A stretch of DNA of 64,000 bases, from the sequence record OP558005.1, one strand, 5' to 3'. Shown piece by piece: positions 19,351 to 28,891 of the stretch; position 1 is the first letter of the stretch; each line of letters begins with the position of its first letter. The notes beneath the pieces are model-generated. The model searched no databases. It saw only the letters and a list, made by a program, of their open reading frames with translations, and had not been told where the DNA came from. A program made the position numbers and the translations under genes. This DNA is from Klebsiella phage vB_KpnM_VPA32.

Positions 19351-19701
19351 TCAGATTAAGCCTAATGCACGTTTTTCTTCAGGGTTCAATTTAGATAAAG
19401 CGTTCTGTTTTACTTTTTCTAAACGAGCAACTCGTTCTGCTTCTGTTTCAGTGCGAATTTCAAAACCATCTTTCTTTAAGAAAGAAAGTTTGCTTCCGTC
19501 TTCAAAGGTGAGTGTCAAAGCTTTGACAGGATGCCGGTCAACTGTACCGTTTGAACCATACCAGGATTTACCAGCGACACTCTCTTCAGCTTTAAAATAA
19601 GAGTCATAGTAACCATAAACTTCTGAGCGGCGGTCGTCTGGTGAAACTCTGGCGACATAGACGTCTGATTCTTTTACACTGATTACTTTCATTGTACCCA
19701 T
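19351..19701 (-). CDS. hypothetical protein
   Basis: 116 aa ORF. Confidence 0.4.
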   Translation of the reverse strand: MGTMKVISVKESDVYVARVSPDDRRSEVYGYYDSYFKAEESVAGKSWYGSNGTVDRHPVKALTLTFEDGSKLSFLKKDGFEIRTETEAERVARLEKVKQNALSKLNPEEKRALGLI

Positions 19702-19873
19702 TCTCCATTCTCGTCGATATAATTAATCCAGTTTGAAATAGTCCAAGAAGAAGTATTTCCTTTAGGAACATCAACAATATACATTCCGCTTTTAAATAAA
19801 ATTCGCTTTACATCATTGGAAATTAAAGAAGCCATAATATTTTCCTCAATTGGGGCTTTCGCCCCGTGGTTGA

Positions 19874-20851
19874 TTATTTCAGCATAGTTACTTCAGCAAT
19901 TTCAGTCCAGTTTTTCTCGTCAGTAGCGACGAAATCTGCCAGGTAAAGAGCTGTGCGGAGAGATACATTACGAAGACGATTAACGTTGTTTTGCATAAAT
20001 GCCAGAACGTCAAGTACTTGGTAATGCTTTAATCCGCGGTTCTGCAACATGTCGGTTGTCATAATAACATCTTCAACACGAGACATGATTTCTTCATTTG
20101 TGTGAACACCGAGGTCCAGATAAACAGAACGAGATACCAAAGCAGAAAGATGCGGAGCTAATTTGCTACCACGTTCTAATTCTTTGTCAATATCAACGTT
20201 AGTGATGAATACGATAGTACCTTCAAATTCAAATTCGTTCGGAATATCTTTTTCTTCCAGGAAAGCAGAAGCAGTTGACCAGCAAACTTTACGTTTTTCG
20301 CCAGAATCAAGTGCAGCTTTCAGAAGGTTCAGAATGTCCATATCAGAAAATACGTCCACATCATCAATAAGCAGAACAGAATTTGAATGGCGAGATTCCC
20401 AAAGACGGCAGTAAAGACCGATACCAGAAATCTTACCGTTAACCATTTTGTATTCAATATCACCGCGAGCATCTGCTTTAGTTAATGCTTTATCTAAGGA
20501 GAAAGTTTTACCGATACCAGCAGCACCTGAGATAATCAGTGAACGAATGTTCCCGTTAACCAGACCAGCAGTCATTAACCCCATAACGTTGAAGCGTTTA
20601 GCGATACGTGCTTTCATTTCTTCAACAGATTCGGTCAGAACTTCTTTGACTTCTTGTCCTTCAATTTTGTAATCACCGTGGAAAACCCATACTCCGCGTT
20701 TCTTACCATCGATGTTTACGAATACTTTACCATCACCCTGAGCAGCGTCAGATTCTGATAAATCTTTTGGGAACCACTCGCCCAGAAGTTCGAAGGTACC
20801 AGAGATTTCTTTACCGAAGTTAGTACCTTTAACGATAGTGATGGTTTTCAT
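19874..20851 (-). CDS. P-loop NTPase (AAA-like)
   Basis: 325 aa; Walker A GAAGIGKTFSL and Walker B VLLIDDVD. Confidence 0.55.
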   Translation of the reverse strand: MKTITIVKGTNFGKEISGTFELLGEWFPKDLSESDAAQGDGKVFVNIDGKKRGVWVFHGDYKIEGQEVKEVLTESVEEMKARIAKRFNVMGLMTAGLVNGNIRSLIISGAAGIGKTFSLDKALTKADARGDIEYKMVNGKISGIGLYCRLWESRHSNSVLLIDDVDVFSDMDILNLLKAALDSGEKRKVCWSTASAFLEEKDIPNEFEFEGTIVFITNVDIDKELERGSKLAPHLSALVSRSVYLDLGVHTNEEIMSRVEDVIMTTDMLQNRGLKHYQVLDVLAFMQNNVNRLRNVSLRTALYLADFVATDEKNWTEIAEVTMLK

Positions 20852-20887
20852 TTTGTTCTCCGAGTTTCTATTTGTTTGGTATGAGGT

Positions 20888-20918
20888 AATAGTATCATCA
20901 TCTCATACCGTTGTAAAC
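20888..20918 (-). promoter_or_regulatory. T4-type early promoter
   Basis: plus tgtaaac 20912-20918 and tagtatca (-10 TGATACTA) 20890-20897. Confidence 0.5.
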
Positions 20919-20921
20919 AAT

Positions 20922-21185
20922 TTATTTTAATGTTCGCCAAATTTTTACTGCTTCTCGTCTTGAGACTTCTACTGCTCCAAGTTCTACTGCTTTTTGACGT
21001 CTGTCTTCACGGAGGTCGTAGTGCTTGACTCGTTTGTCCTGAAACCACGAACGTTTCATACCTATAGCTTTTGCCATTTCATGGAGTTCTTCAATATCTC
21101 CATCTGTGAACATATGACAATTTTTAGTAGGGTGGCCGCGAAGCTTCCACCCGTGATTCATTAGCACATCGACATAAACTGTCAT
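20922..21185 (-). CDS. hypothetical protein
   Basis: 87 aa ORF. Confidence 0.35.
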   Translation of the reverse strand: MTVYVDVLMNHGWKLRGHPTKNCHMFTDGDIEELHEMAKAIGMKRSWFQDKRVKHYDLREDRRQKAVELGAVEVSRREAVKIWRTLK

Positions 21186-21327
21186 TTATTTGCTTCCAAA
21201 TAAGCTTCTATGATTTTCTGCGCGAGATAAACTGCGTTATCTTCGGTAGCATCTTCAAGGAAAAACTCAAAGCATGTTTGAATTTCTTCATTATCAATGA
21301 GTTCTTTAACTTCAAGCGGAGTAGTTT

Positions 21328-21546
21328 TCATTTAAGCTCCAGAATTTCGTTGATGTAGTAAGGACGAACTTTAGAGTCCAAGAAGAACTCATCAACGAAG
21401 TCAATCAGTTCGTCAGTTGTACCAGAGATGTTTGCTAACTTAGAGAAAACTTCCCCAACCATCAGAGCTTCAAATTTAACATTGTACTGGCGGGCTACTT
21501 CTTCAGCTTTTGCAACGTTGTTTACTACGATTTGTAAAGTTTTCAT
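21328..21546 (-). CDS. hypothetical protein (start at MKTLQIV)
   Basis: RBS ctccttt precedes ATG at 21546; the longer ORF-track version would overlap the promoter. Confidence 0.4.
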   Translation of the reverse strand: MKTLQIVVNNVAKAEEVARQYNVKFEALMVGEVFSKLANISGTTDELIDFVDEFFLDSKVRPYYINEILELK

Positions 21547-21571
21547 TTTGTTCTCCTTTAGTTTTGATAGT

Positions 21572-21604
21572 GCTATAATACCATATGCTATAGCACTTGT
21601 AAAC
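21572..21604 (-). promoter_or_regulatory. T4-type early promoter with palindromic arms
   Basis: plus tgtaaac 21598-21604; -10 region flanked by inverted repeat agtgctata/tatagcact. Confidence 0.45.
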
Positions 21605-21611
21605 AATATTT

Positions 21612-21896
21612 TTAAGCAATGTATGGAGTTGCTGAACCGTCTGAGTAACGTGCCCATACTTCGTTGCCGACGTTGAAAAGTTTTGCTTTACGACCGTTAG
21701 GCATCTGAACCATTTTGCTTTTAACCGGAGTTACAGCTTCAATCAAAGTTCCAGCAGCTTTTGCATTTTCTTTAGTTTTAAGAATTTTTTCCATGTATTC
21801 AACGTATTCGATGATAGCAGGTGCCATATGCTGTTTGTGGCCCATACCGCCAAAATCGAATTCAGTTACTGCGTAGAAAGTTTTTGAAGTAGCCAT
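21612..21896 (-). CDS. hypothetical protein
   Basis: 94 aa ORF. Confidence 0.4.
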   Translation of the reverse strand: MATSKTFYAVTEFDFGGMGHKQHMAPAIIEYVEYMEKILKTKENAKAAGTLIEAVTPVKSKMVQMPNGRKAKLFNVGNEVWARYSDGSATPYIA

Positions 21897-21937
21897 TTTA
21901 TTATCCTTGATTTTTGTTACCGTTTAGTTGATAGAGA

Positions 21938-21968
21938 TATAGTATCAAAACTTAAAGCATCTGTAAAC
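21938..21968 (-). promoter_or_regulatory. T4-type early promoter
   Basis: plus tgtaaac 21962-21968, atagtatca 21939-21947. Confidence 0.5.
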
Positions 21969-21989
21969 ACTTTTTGAAAACTTTCTTCA

Positions 21990-22015
21990 AAAACAACAAA
22001 ACCTCCCGAAGGAGG
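21990..22015 (-). terminator. rho-independent terminator (UUCG-loop hairpin)
   Basis: cctcc-cgaa-ggagg hairpin followed on minus strand by TTTTGTTGTTTTTG. Confidence 0.6.
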
Positions 22016-22276
22016 TTATTTTGAATGTTTTTCTAGCTGACGTTCAGCAAACAGCTTTGGCTGCATTAACAACCAACTTAAGATACGCCAGATGACTTGT
22101 ATGACACCGACAGGTAGCCATAATATAATACTAAACAAGTAATTAAAAGGTGTCTCTATGAACCCTCGTTTAACGAGAGCGTTTGTGATGAGCCACCCGA
22201 CGGCTAGATAAACCAATACAATAAAGACAGGCATAATCCACCATAGTTGAGCCAAAAGTAAAGTAACCATAATCAC
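22016..22276 (-). CDS. hypothetical membrane protein
   Basis: 86 aa, two or three hydrophobic helices. Confidence 0.4.
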   Translation of the reverse strand: MIMVTLLLAQLWWIMPVFIVLVYLAVGWLITNALVKRGFIETPFNYLFSIILWLPVGVIQVIWRILSWLLMQPKLFAERQLEKHSK

Positions 22277-23283
22277 CTGTAGTAAGAGTTGTGATTAGCC
22301 AGATAAACTTCTTCCAAGAACTTGTCCCAGAATGTCATGTCAACTTTATCAGGCATACCGTTTTTAGAAGCAATGATGCTTTGACGTTCAACTTCGTCAA
22401 CACAGATTTCTAACCACTCTTGAACTTCTTTGAATGGAATAGTACCGGCTTTAACTTTCTTGATGAACTCAGCATCTTTAAGCGGATAAACCAAATCACC
22501 GGTGGTGTAGATTTCCTGGAGCTGAAGACCGCCACGAAGAGCATGAGACAGAGCTTTCCAATCTACGCCTTCGTTAGCTTCTGCTTTACGAGCACGTTCG
22601 CCATATTCATTCCATAGCTTAGTGAGACTGTACTTCATTTCAGCAACCGTGATTGTCGTCTGGAATTTACGACCAAGCACATTGTAGAACTTCTGAACAC
22701 CAGATTTGTGGTCAACAAAATCAGTCCATTCGAGGAACTCTGAAGTCGGCAGCAGATGAGCAATATCAGCAACTTTCCAACGAACATTGTGAGCTTTATC
22801 CTTTGGACGATCTTCATATTTCCATTCTGGATAAGGCTCTAACACCTCAAGCACTTTACGAAGTTCAGCTAAACGAGAACCTTTGACACCATACTTAGCC
22901 GCTTGTTTACGAACATAACCAAGATAAGCTTTCATATCAGTGGTGTAGAAACGCCAGCGGTTATCTTGAACGAATTTCCAGACTTCAGGAAGTTCAGACT
23001 TAACAACCATGTTCACAGGAGTGTGAAGCATGTCCAACGCAACAGTTTCACCTGTAGCTGCTAATTGCAGGAAATACTTCAAAGAATAGAGTTCATGGTC
23101 AACGTCATCATGGGAGTTCTTCATTGAAGAGTTGTTGGTGTTCAAGTTGGTGTGATTCATTGCACGACAAAGCAGAATCTCTTTCGGATGAGGAACAAAG
23201 ATTTCTTTGAAGTCCGTGTCACTTTCTGGTGTTGACGTACCATAAAGATGGCTACCGAAGTAGCCTTTCATAACTGTTTTCAT
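22273..23283 (-). CDS. Pol-beta-superfamily nucleotidyltransferase domain protein
   Basis: 336 aa; N-terminal GSHLYGTSTPESDTDFKEIFV fits the hG[GS]x9-13DhD nucleotidyltransferase signature. Confidence 0.5.
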   Translation of the reverse strand: MKTVMKGYFGSHLYGTSTPESDTDFKEIFVPHPKEILLCRAMNHTNLNTNNSSMKNSHDDVDHELYSLKYFLQLAATGETVALDMLHTPVNMVVKSELPEVWKFVQDNRWRFYTTDMKAYLGYVRKQAAKYGVKGSRLAELRKVLEVLEPYPEWKYEDRPKDKAHNVRWKVADIAHLLPTSEFLEWTDFVDHKSGVQKFYNVLGRKFQTTITVAEMKYSLTKLWNEYGERARKAEANEGVDWKALSHALRGGLQLQEIYTTGDLVYPLKDAEFIKKVKAGTIPFKEVQEWLEICVDEVERQSIIASKNGMPDKVDMTFWDKFLEEVYLANHNSYYR

Positions 23284-23705
23284 AGATAAATGTGTTGTCC
23301 TTTGGCAAATTTTACTAGCTCATTAGTGATTTTAACACATTGTTCAACGTGTTCTTTATCTTCGCTTTTCTTTGAAGTTCGATTAATACTTCCGACTTTC
23401 TGTTGAGAATAATAATATTTAACTTCATGCGTATGATATTCTTGGCCATCTGGATGTTGTTCACGTTGAACGTGTTCTTTCAAAACAGTTTCATACAATG
23501 GAACTAATGCCCAGTCACTTCCAGTATTAATAATTGCCACTTGAATGTCAAGTTTATTCCACTTAAAAGCATTGACATATCCAAGGACCCTTTGGGAAGG
23601 GTCCATCATAGCAAATTTTATTTCTGAAATAGAAGCCATCTTCATTTGTTTTAGAATTGACATACTAAGTTTTTTCTTAGTAGTTACAACTTCTATTTCA
23701 ATCAT
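23280..23705 (-). CDS. hypothetical protein
   Basis: 141 aa ORF, coupled to upstream gene. Confidence 0.4.
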   Translation of the reverse strand: MIEIEVVTTKKKLSMSILKQMKMASISEIKFAMMDPSQRVLGYVNAFKWNKLDIQVAIINTGSDWALVPLYETVLKEHVQREQHPDGQEYHTHEVKYYYSQQKVGSINRTSKKSEDKEHVEQCVKITNELVKFAKGQHIYL

Positions 23706-24256
23706 TTAGTCGGTTGACCCCATGTGAATTGACCACCGAAAGCCGCAATCAAGGAAGTGTCATTCAGATTAACCGGCAGACCGTCACCGCTTTCGGATTC
23801 GAGGAACATTGTACCACCATTTTTAGTGATAGCAATTACAGTGAATTCTTTAGAACCCTTTTGGAAGACATCACCAACAACTACCGGAATATTTTTAAAA
23901 CCAGAAGCTTCGGTTTCATATGTTTCCGTATTCCGACCTTCTTTTGGTCTGAAATTAGTAAAATCAACCAGACACTTATTGCGGTTTGAAGTTACATACA
24001 CATTAGTAACACCATATGATGTAATTTTATCTTCACCATAAATGAAGAGCTCAATCATCACACGGTTTGAATATACTTTTAAAACAGCTCGTTGATTTTT
24101 ATTGATTTTAAGGAAAATATGAGTTGCTCCTTGGCAACGGCTAATAAAATCAATTTCACCGTCAAATTCTGTTGTTCCTGATTGAACAGTAATTGAGCGT
24201 CCAACTTCAAGTTCTTTCTTTACAATGCCTTTAGCTTTCACTTGACGAATAAACAT
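23702..24256 (-). CDS. hypothetical protein
   Basis: 184 aa ORF. Confidence 0.4.
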   Translation of the reverse strand: MFIRQVKAKGIVKKELEVGRSITVQSGTTEFDGEIDFISRCQGATHIFLKINKNQRAVLKVYSNRVMIELFIYGEDKITSYGVTNVYVTSNRNKCLVDFTNFRPKEGRNTETYETEASGFKNIPVVVGDVFQKGSKEFTVIAITKNGGTMFLESESGDGLPVNLNDTSLIAAFGGQFTWGQPTK

Positions 24257-24265
24257 AATATTTTC

Positions 24266-24487
24266 CTATAAGAAGCGCCATGAGCCATTACGATATGCAA
24301 CTGAACGGTCCATCATTTCGGAAGATGTAGAACTTCCGCTGAGTTTGTCATGAACTACTGTAATTTTGCGTCCGTCAGCAAAAATAAATTCGGCTACTGG
24401 ACGCAGGCCAGTAAAGCCTTTGTCCACAGTTGCGTTAAATTTAGCAGATTCACCGTTGATAATATAGTTCTGGTCTTGTTTAAGCAT
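24266..24487 (-). CDS. hypothetical protein
   Basis: 73 aa ORF. Confidence 0.35.
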   Translation of the reverse strand: MLKQDQNYIINGESAKFNATVDKGFTGLRPVAEFIFADGRKITVVHDKLSGSSTSSEMMDRSVAYRNGSWRFL

Positions 24488-24939
24488 TATTTAAATTCCA
24501 AAGTTGGGCAGAACTTCTCTTTGCGAGCTTTAACGAAAGCAATAATGATATTAGGTTGTGGTTCAACGTAAGTACCATTTCTGATAGCTTCCCATTTTTT
24601 ATCTTCTTTCTTTTCTTTTCGTCTTTGAACGACTCGATAAATTCCGTAACCAATACAGAAAATTGTACCAAAAATAGCGGCCAGAATAAGCCAACCAACA
24701 ATCAACCCAGGAATAATTGCTGCAGCAGAAGACAGAACTACACCACACTTAGCAAACAACCATGTAGCTACATCAACACCAGAACCCCAACCAGCGAAGC
24801 ACACAGCGAATACAGCAAATGCCAGAAGGAATGTGTGCCATACACCTTTCCAAAAATATGGACACAGAGAACGTGGAGCGCTTTCAGCGCCATTCATAGT
24901 AACGAGTTTGTAGTGCCAAGAGTTAGTATTGATTTGCAT
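24487..24939 (-). CDS. hypothetical membrane protein
   Basis: 150 aa, 3-4 TM helices, basic C-terminus. Confidence 0.4.
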   Translation of the reverse strand: MQINTNSWHYKLVTMNGAESAPRSLCPYFWKGVWHTFLLAFAVFAVCFAGWGSGVDVATWLFAKCGVVLSSAAAIIPGLIVGWLILAAIFGTIFCIGYGIYRVVQRRKEKKEDKKWEAIRNGTYVEPQPNIIIAFVKARKEKFCPTLEFK

Positions 24940-24961
24940 TATAATTTCCTTTCAATTCAGT

Positions 24962-25207
24962 TTATTTAAAGTTTTTAGAAGTGGTCATATGAGGTATTGT
25001 AACCTGCAACCATGAAAGCAATTTCTCAGCTTCTTCTTTAAGAAGCTCAACTTCTTCGCCTTGGGAAATAATTGTGAGAATATCTTTATCGGCATTAACG
25101 AAGAGCATTGTTTTAATATCAGCATGACCACCATAAACTGATTCAGCTTTATAGTTGATAGTAGCATCTAACCCTGGGACGTTCCAATCTAAAGTGCACT
25201 TAGCCAT
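24962..25207 (-). CDS. hypothetical protein
   Basis: 81 aa ORF. Confidence 0.35.
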   Translation of the reverse strand: MAKCTLDWNVPGLDATINYKAESVYGGHADIKTMLFVNADKDILTIISQGEEVELLKEEAEKLLSWLQVTIPHMTTSKNFK

Positions 25208-25500
25208 TATTGCATCTCCTGAATAGCTTTTAAGAAGTTTTGAAGGTTTGCTTTACCGCAAAAAGATACACAACCGTAGCTTCCATCTTTTGCTTCAAAT
25301 GTAAATGAATCATCACCATAATCAGTGTAATCAATATTAGGACATTGGTTACATTCAATCAGATGTGCTTTGTCCAGACGAAAATGGATTTTGAACAAAT
25401 CTTCATCACCTACATGTCCAAGTTTGCAAAAATTTCCACGTACTTCAAGAACCAGAGGACCGTGAACTGAACCGCTTTCAAATGTATGTTTCATAATCAC
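25207..25500 (-). CDS. hypothetical Cys-rich protein
   Basis: 97 aa ORF. Confidence 0.35.
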   Translation of the reverse strand: MIMKHTFESGSVHGPLVLEVRGNFCKLGHVGDEDLFKIHFRLDKAHLIECNQCPNIDYTDYGDDSFTFEAKDGSYGCVSFCGKANLQNFLKAIQEMQ

Positions 25501-25766
25501 CTCAATTGAGAATCTTTTGAACCGCGTCTGTTGTAAGACGCTTTAACGATAGTGTCGTGTGAGCTTTGACAAGCCACACACCTGGTACATCCTTTTTGAG
25601 CTTTGCGTCTAGCTTCCGGAATTTCTCCGTCGCAATCTTCGCAATATTTTTCACTCTCGCGATTTTGAGATTTGATGAGCTCCAAACGAGCCCATTCAAT
25701 TCCATCACTTACTGTAGCTTCAATAGCTGCAAATCCGTCGTCACTTGGACCCCATCCACTTGCCAT
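25497..25766 (-). CDS. DksA/TraR-type C4 zinc-finger protein
   Basis: CEDCDGEIP...GCTRCVACQ four-cysteine motif typical of DksA/TraR family. Confidence 0.45.
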   Translation of the reverse strand: MASGWGPSDDGFAAIEATVSDGIEWARLELIKSQNRESEKYCEDCDGEIPEARRKAQKGCTRCVACQSSHDTIVKASYNRRGSKDSQLR

Positions 25767-25789
25767 TACAAACTCCTTTGAACGAGGTC

Positions 25790-25820
25790 CATTATACCAT
25801 TAACCAAGTTGTATGTAAAC
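25790..25820 (-). promoter_or_regulatory. T4-type early promoter (extended -10 TGGTATAAT)
   Basis: plus attatacca 25791-25799 and tgtaaac 25814-25820. Confidence 0.55.
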
Positions 25821-25872
25821 AGCGGATTGTGATATTGAACAAACAGATAAAGCAGTACAAATACCGTTCTCA

Positions 25873-26361
25873 TTACCAACCTGCCGTATCAAATTCACCA
25901 TCATCGTAGATGTCCCAAGCCATACGTTCTTCCAGAACTCGGACTGGTGTCCAATAGTCCGCATATTCCTGGTCTTCTGGAGAAGAGAATTTATCTGCTT
26001 TAAGTTCAGCCATAAATTCCAAAGCGGATTCAACATCACCGAACAGACGGTTCAAGTTGTGAGGTTTACGTTCAGGGTCTTCAAATACTGCGTTATCACC
26101 CGGGCAAATTTGAGTACGATAAGAACGCTTTGTTTCACCGTTGATGCCAGTGTATTCACAGATGATATCAACCATCAAAATATCTGAAGTTGGACTACGA
26201 TATGGCTTACTAAGAATGATGTATTTCTCAACATTACTCAAAGATACTTCAGTTTCCGTACGAGATATACCGTACACGTGATACATGATGCGGCCTGGAA
26301 CAAAATCAGATAATTTAGTAATGCGATTCATGATGTTCTCCTCTTGTTTGTGTAAGGTCAT
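25873..26361 (-). CDS. hypothetical protein (true start possibly MNRITKL at 26331)
   Basis: 162 aa ORF; the first ATG overlaps the -10 of the upstream promoter. Confidence 0.4.
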   Translation of the reverse strand: MTLHKQEENIMNRITKLSDFVPGRIMYHVYGISRTETEVSLSNVEKYIILSKPYRSPTSDILMVDIICEYTGINGETKRSYRTQICPGDNAVFEDPERKPHNLNRLFGDVESALEFMAELKADKFSSPEDQEYADYWTPVRVLEERMAWDIYDDGEFDTAGW

Positions 26362-26389
26362 AGTATCACCTTTTGAAGAGGATGTAAAC
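26360..26389 (-). promoter_or_regulatory. T4-type early promoter
   Basis: plus tagtatca 26361-26368, tgtaaac 26383-26389. Confidence 0.5.
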
Positions 26390-26397
26390 GGTTCCCT

Positions 26398-26433
26398 TTA
26401 AAACAACAAAAGCCCTGACCAAAAAGTCAGGGC
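26398..26433 (-). terminator. rho-independent terminator
   Basis: gccctgac-caaaaa-gtcagggc hairpin followed on minus strand by TTTTGTTGTTTT. Confidence 0.6.
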
Positions 26434-26438
26434 TCAAA

Positions 26439-26831
26439 TTATTCCAAAGACAGCAAATATTTGGTTTGAAACACTATACCATTGATTTCGTCAATCGTGT
26501 TTCTAATTGCTCCAGGCATCTTATCATAGATGCTTTCAGCTTTTGCTGTGATGCTATCGAGCATCTCAATTGTGTCAGTAGGCAAATCCTGTTGCGAAGG
26601 GATAGATGGAGTGTACTTTTTACCAGACCATCCAAGCCATTGCTCTCCGAACTTGTCGGTTAACTCAGGGATTGCATCAAAGAAGAAATTGTATGCTTTA
26701 TGACGAGCATAACTTTTAGTTTCAAAATGAGCAGAATGGAAGTATGACGCAGAAGCCATCAAAAGACCAATGAACTCATCCTCTGGAAGTTTCTTTCCGG
26801 TTGTTATGAAATCTTCAAATTTCGTTTTCAA
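26439..26831 (-). CDS. hypothetical protein
   Basis: 130 aa ORF. Confidence 0.4.
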   Translation of the reverse strand: MKTKFEDFITTGKKLPEDEFIGLLMASASYFHSAHFETKSYARHKAYNFFFDAIPELTDKFGEQWLGWSGKKYTPSIPSQQDLPTDTIEMLDSITAKAESIYDKMPGAIRNTIDEINGIVFQTKYLLSLE

Positions 26832-27090
26832 GTTTAACCTTCGTTAGAGAAACATATTGCTTACCAGCATGAACTCCTTCTTCAGTGCACTGAGTAGTAC
26901 AACTTGAAGCTGCCCATTTCTGCTTAATAAAAGAAAAGAAGCGTTCAGATTCTTCTTTAGAAGGTTCTTTGAACTTGCTATATACTGCCATAGCACCATC
27001 AGCGTATTGTTCAAAATTAGCTTCTTCTGCCGATACGGGCGAGATTAAAGTGGCTGCAAATAAAATCGCAGCCAATGCGCGTAGAGTCAT
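26815..27090 (-). CDS. rI: lysis-inhibition antiholin RI
   Basis: from internal Met: MTLRALAAILFAATLISPVSAEEAN...FFSFIKQKW...C..QC..., parallels T4 RI signal-anchor and periplasmic domain; T4 position upstream of tk. Confidence 0.6.
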   Translation of the reverse strand: MTLRALAAILFAATLISPVSAEEANFEQYADGAMAVYSKFKEPSKEESERFFSFIKQKWAASSCTTQCTEEGVHAGKQYVSLTKVKLENEI

Positions 27091-27097
27091 AAAAACC

Positions 27098-27310
27098 TCA
27101 GCGTTGTCCTGTATTAAGTTTGTGCTGAAGAACAGCCTTAACTTTATCGAGGTATTTTTGCAGCTGGCGTTTACGCAAATAGTCTGGGCGTGCACCATGC
27201 TGGCGAAACTCTTCGTTTAAACTTGAGATAGCGTGGCCAATCTCGCACTTAATTTCTTCCAGTTGAGATACACCAAGATTACGAAGTTGCTTATCGTTCA
27301 AATGCTTCAT
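27098..27310 (-). CDS. hypothetical protein
   Basis: 70 aa ORF. Confidence 0.35.
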   Translation of the reverse strand: MKHLNDKQLRNLGVSQLEEIKCEIGHAISSLNEEFRQHGARPDYLRKRQLQKYLDKVKAVLQHKLNTGQR

Positions 27311-27334
27311 ACATACCTCATTAGTTAGTAATAG

Positions 27335-27360
27335 TATTTATAAAGGGGAGCATGCTCCCC
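27335..27360 (-). terminator. palindromic hairpin terminator with adjacent TATAAATA late-promoter-like box
   Basis: ggggagcatgctcccc hairpin; plus tatttata at 27335-27342 = minus TATAAATA. Confidence 0.4.
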
Positions 27361-27370
27361 CAATTTAACT

Positions 27371-27739
27371 TTAGTCCCACAGCATCATTGACAAGCCTTT
27401 CTCATATTGACGAGCGGCCTTTTCGTCCCAGTTGTAGTCCGTGTCGTTTCTCAACGAGTTTTTGATTTCCATCTTGTGAAACACACGAGGAATCGGTGAT
27501 GCATATTTACGCCAACGGAGAGTTTTCCAGAAACTGTCACGATGACGTTCTGACATTAACTTAGACAGACGCTGAGGCTCTTCTAAGTTTTCAGCGATAT
27601 CTCGTTCGATATAAGCTTCGTTACGTGCTTTATTATCGCTCTGATGTTTCTTGACATAAGCAAAAGGATTGTTCTTCTGAGAATGCCATTTGGCTGAAGT
27701 GGTTACGTGCCAGCCTTTACGACGAATAGTTCTTGACAT
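27371..27739 (-). CDS. hypothetical basic protein
   Basis: 122 aa ORF. Confidence 0.4.
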   Translation of the reverse strand: MSRTIRRKGWHVTTSAKWHSQKNNPFAYVKKHQSDNKARNEAYIERDIAENLEEPQRLSKLMSERHRDSFWKTLRWRKYASPIPRVFHKMEIKNSLRNDTDYNWDEKAARQYEKGLSMMLWD

Positions 27740-28097
27740 ATCTACCTCTTGAGTTAAAGTACCTCAATGGTAGTAAAATCCTGCTTTAAAATATTTCATC
27801 CTAATGTCACCTTACATTTGCATTTTGGACATTCAACTTCTTTTACTCGAAGACGCTTAGTCTTTGTACGATGAGCGGTATCATGGTCATAAACATGAAG
27901 ACAACGATAGCAAATGACTAATTTCATCGGTCGATAACCTCAAAGATTTCATCCATGATTTCATCACCTTGACGAGCACGAATTAACTCTTCGAACGTAA
28001 CAGGCTTTTCAGACCAACCAAGAACAACGCTATTACGTTGAAGCATATCACGAAGTTCTTCTAAAGCTTCTTGTTTAGTTGAAATCATAGAACCTTC

Positions 28098-28682
28098 TTA
28101 TTCATAAATACCGGTCATTTCACACCAATGTTTTCGACAGAGTGAGACGTATTTGTCTTCACCGCCTAATTCAATAGTATCACCTTCTACGATAGCATTT
28201 CCTTCTTGGTCAACACGAGCAACCATTGTTGCTTTACGTCCACAGTGGCAAACGCCCTTCAGTTCGCAGAGTTTATCTGCCGTAGCCAGAAGAGCAGCAG
28301 AGCCCTTAAATAGGTTACCACGGAAATCCGTGCGAAGTCCATAGGCCATAACTGGAGTGTTATAGAGGTCAACAATTTGACATAATTGAAGAACATGAGA
28401 CTGAGTCAAAAACTGAGCTTCATCGACAAACACACAATGAATATCTTTCTGAGTCTGTGCCCATTTGAAGAACTCAAGAATGTCCATGTCTTCAGTGATG
28501 GTATTTGCTTCAGCATGCAAACCAACACGAGATACAACTTCATTTGCTGAATCTCGAGTATCAATAGCTGGCTTAAGAATGAGTGTTCCCATTCCACGCT
28601 CTTTATAGTTATGAGCTGCTGTAAGCAAAGATGCTGATTTACCAGCGTTCATTGAAGCATAGTTAAAATAAAGCTGAGCCAT
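28098..28682 (-). CDS. tk: thymidine kinase
   Basis: 194 aa; MAQLYFNYASMNAGKSASLL P-loop; C-terminal CHCGRKA...C..HW zinc site. Confidence 0.9.
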   Translation of the reverse strand: MAQLYFNYASMNAGKSASLLTAAHNYKERGMGTLILKPAIDTRDSANEVVSRVGLHAEANTITEDMDILEFFKWAQTQKDIHCVFVDEAQFLTQSHVLQLCQIVDLYNTPVMAYGLRTDFRGNLFKGSAALLATADKLCELKGVCHCGRKATMVARVDQEGNAIVEGDTIELGGEDKYVSLCRKHWCEMTGIYE

Positions 28683-28891
28683 TACTTAGGTTCCTCAAAT
28701 TCAATCCAGTCTGGGGTGTTTTGGAAAATTCCTTCACCTACATGGTTTTCACAACCTTTATTAGAGCAATAATTCCAATAGTCCCAGTCGCAAGCCATTT
28801 CATCATTGCACAATGCAAATACTACTGGCCATTTGCACTTTTTACATCGTTTATTTTTATAGATGTAAGTTTGCATTATTCGCCGTCCCAA
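28682..28891 (-). CDS. hypothetical Cys-rich protein (tk.1 position)
   Basis: 69 aa, 8 cysteines. Confidence 0.4.
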   Translation of the reverse strand: MGRRIMQTYIYKNKRCKKCKWPVVFALCNDEMACDWDYWNYCSNKGCENHVGEGIFQNTPDWIEFEEPK

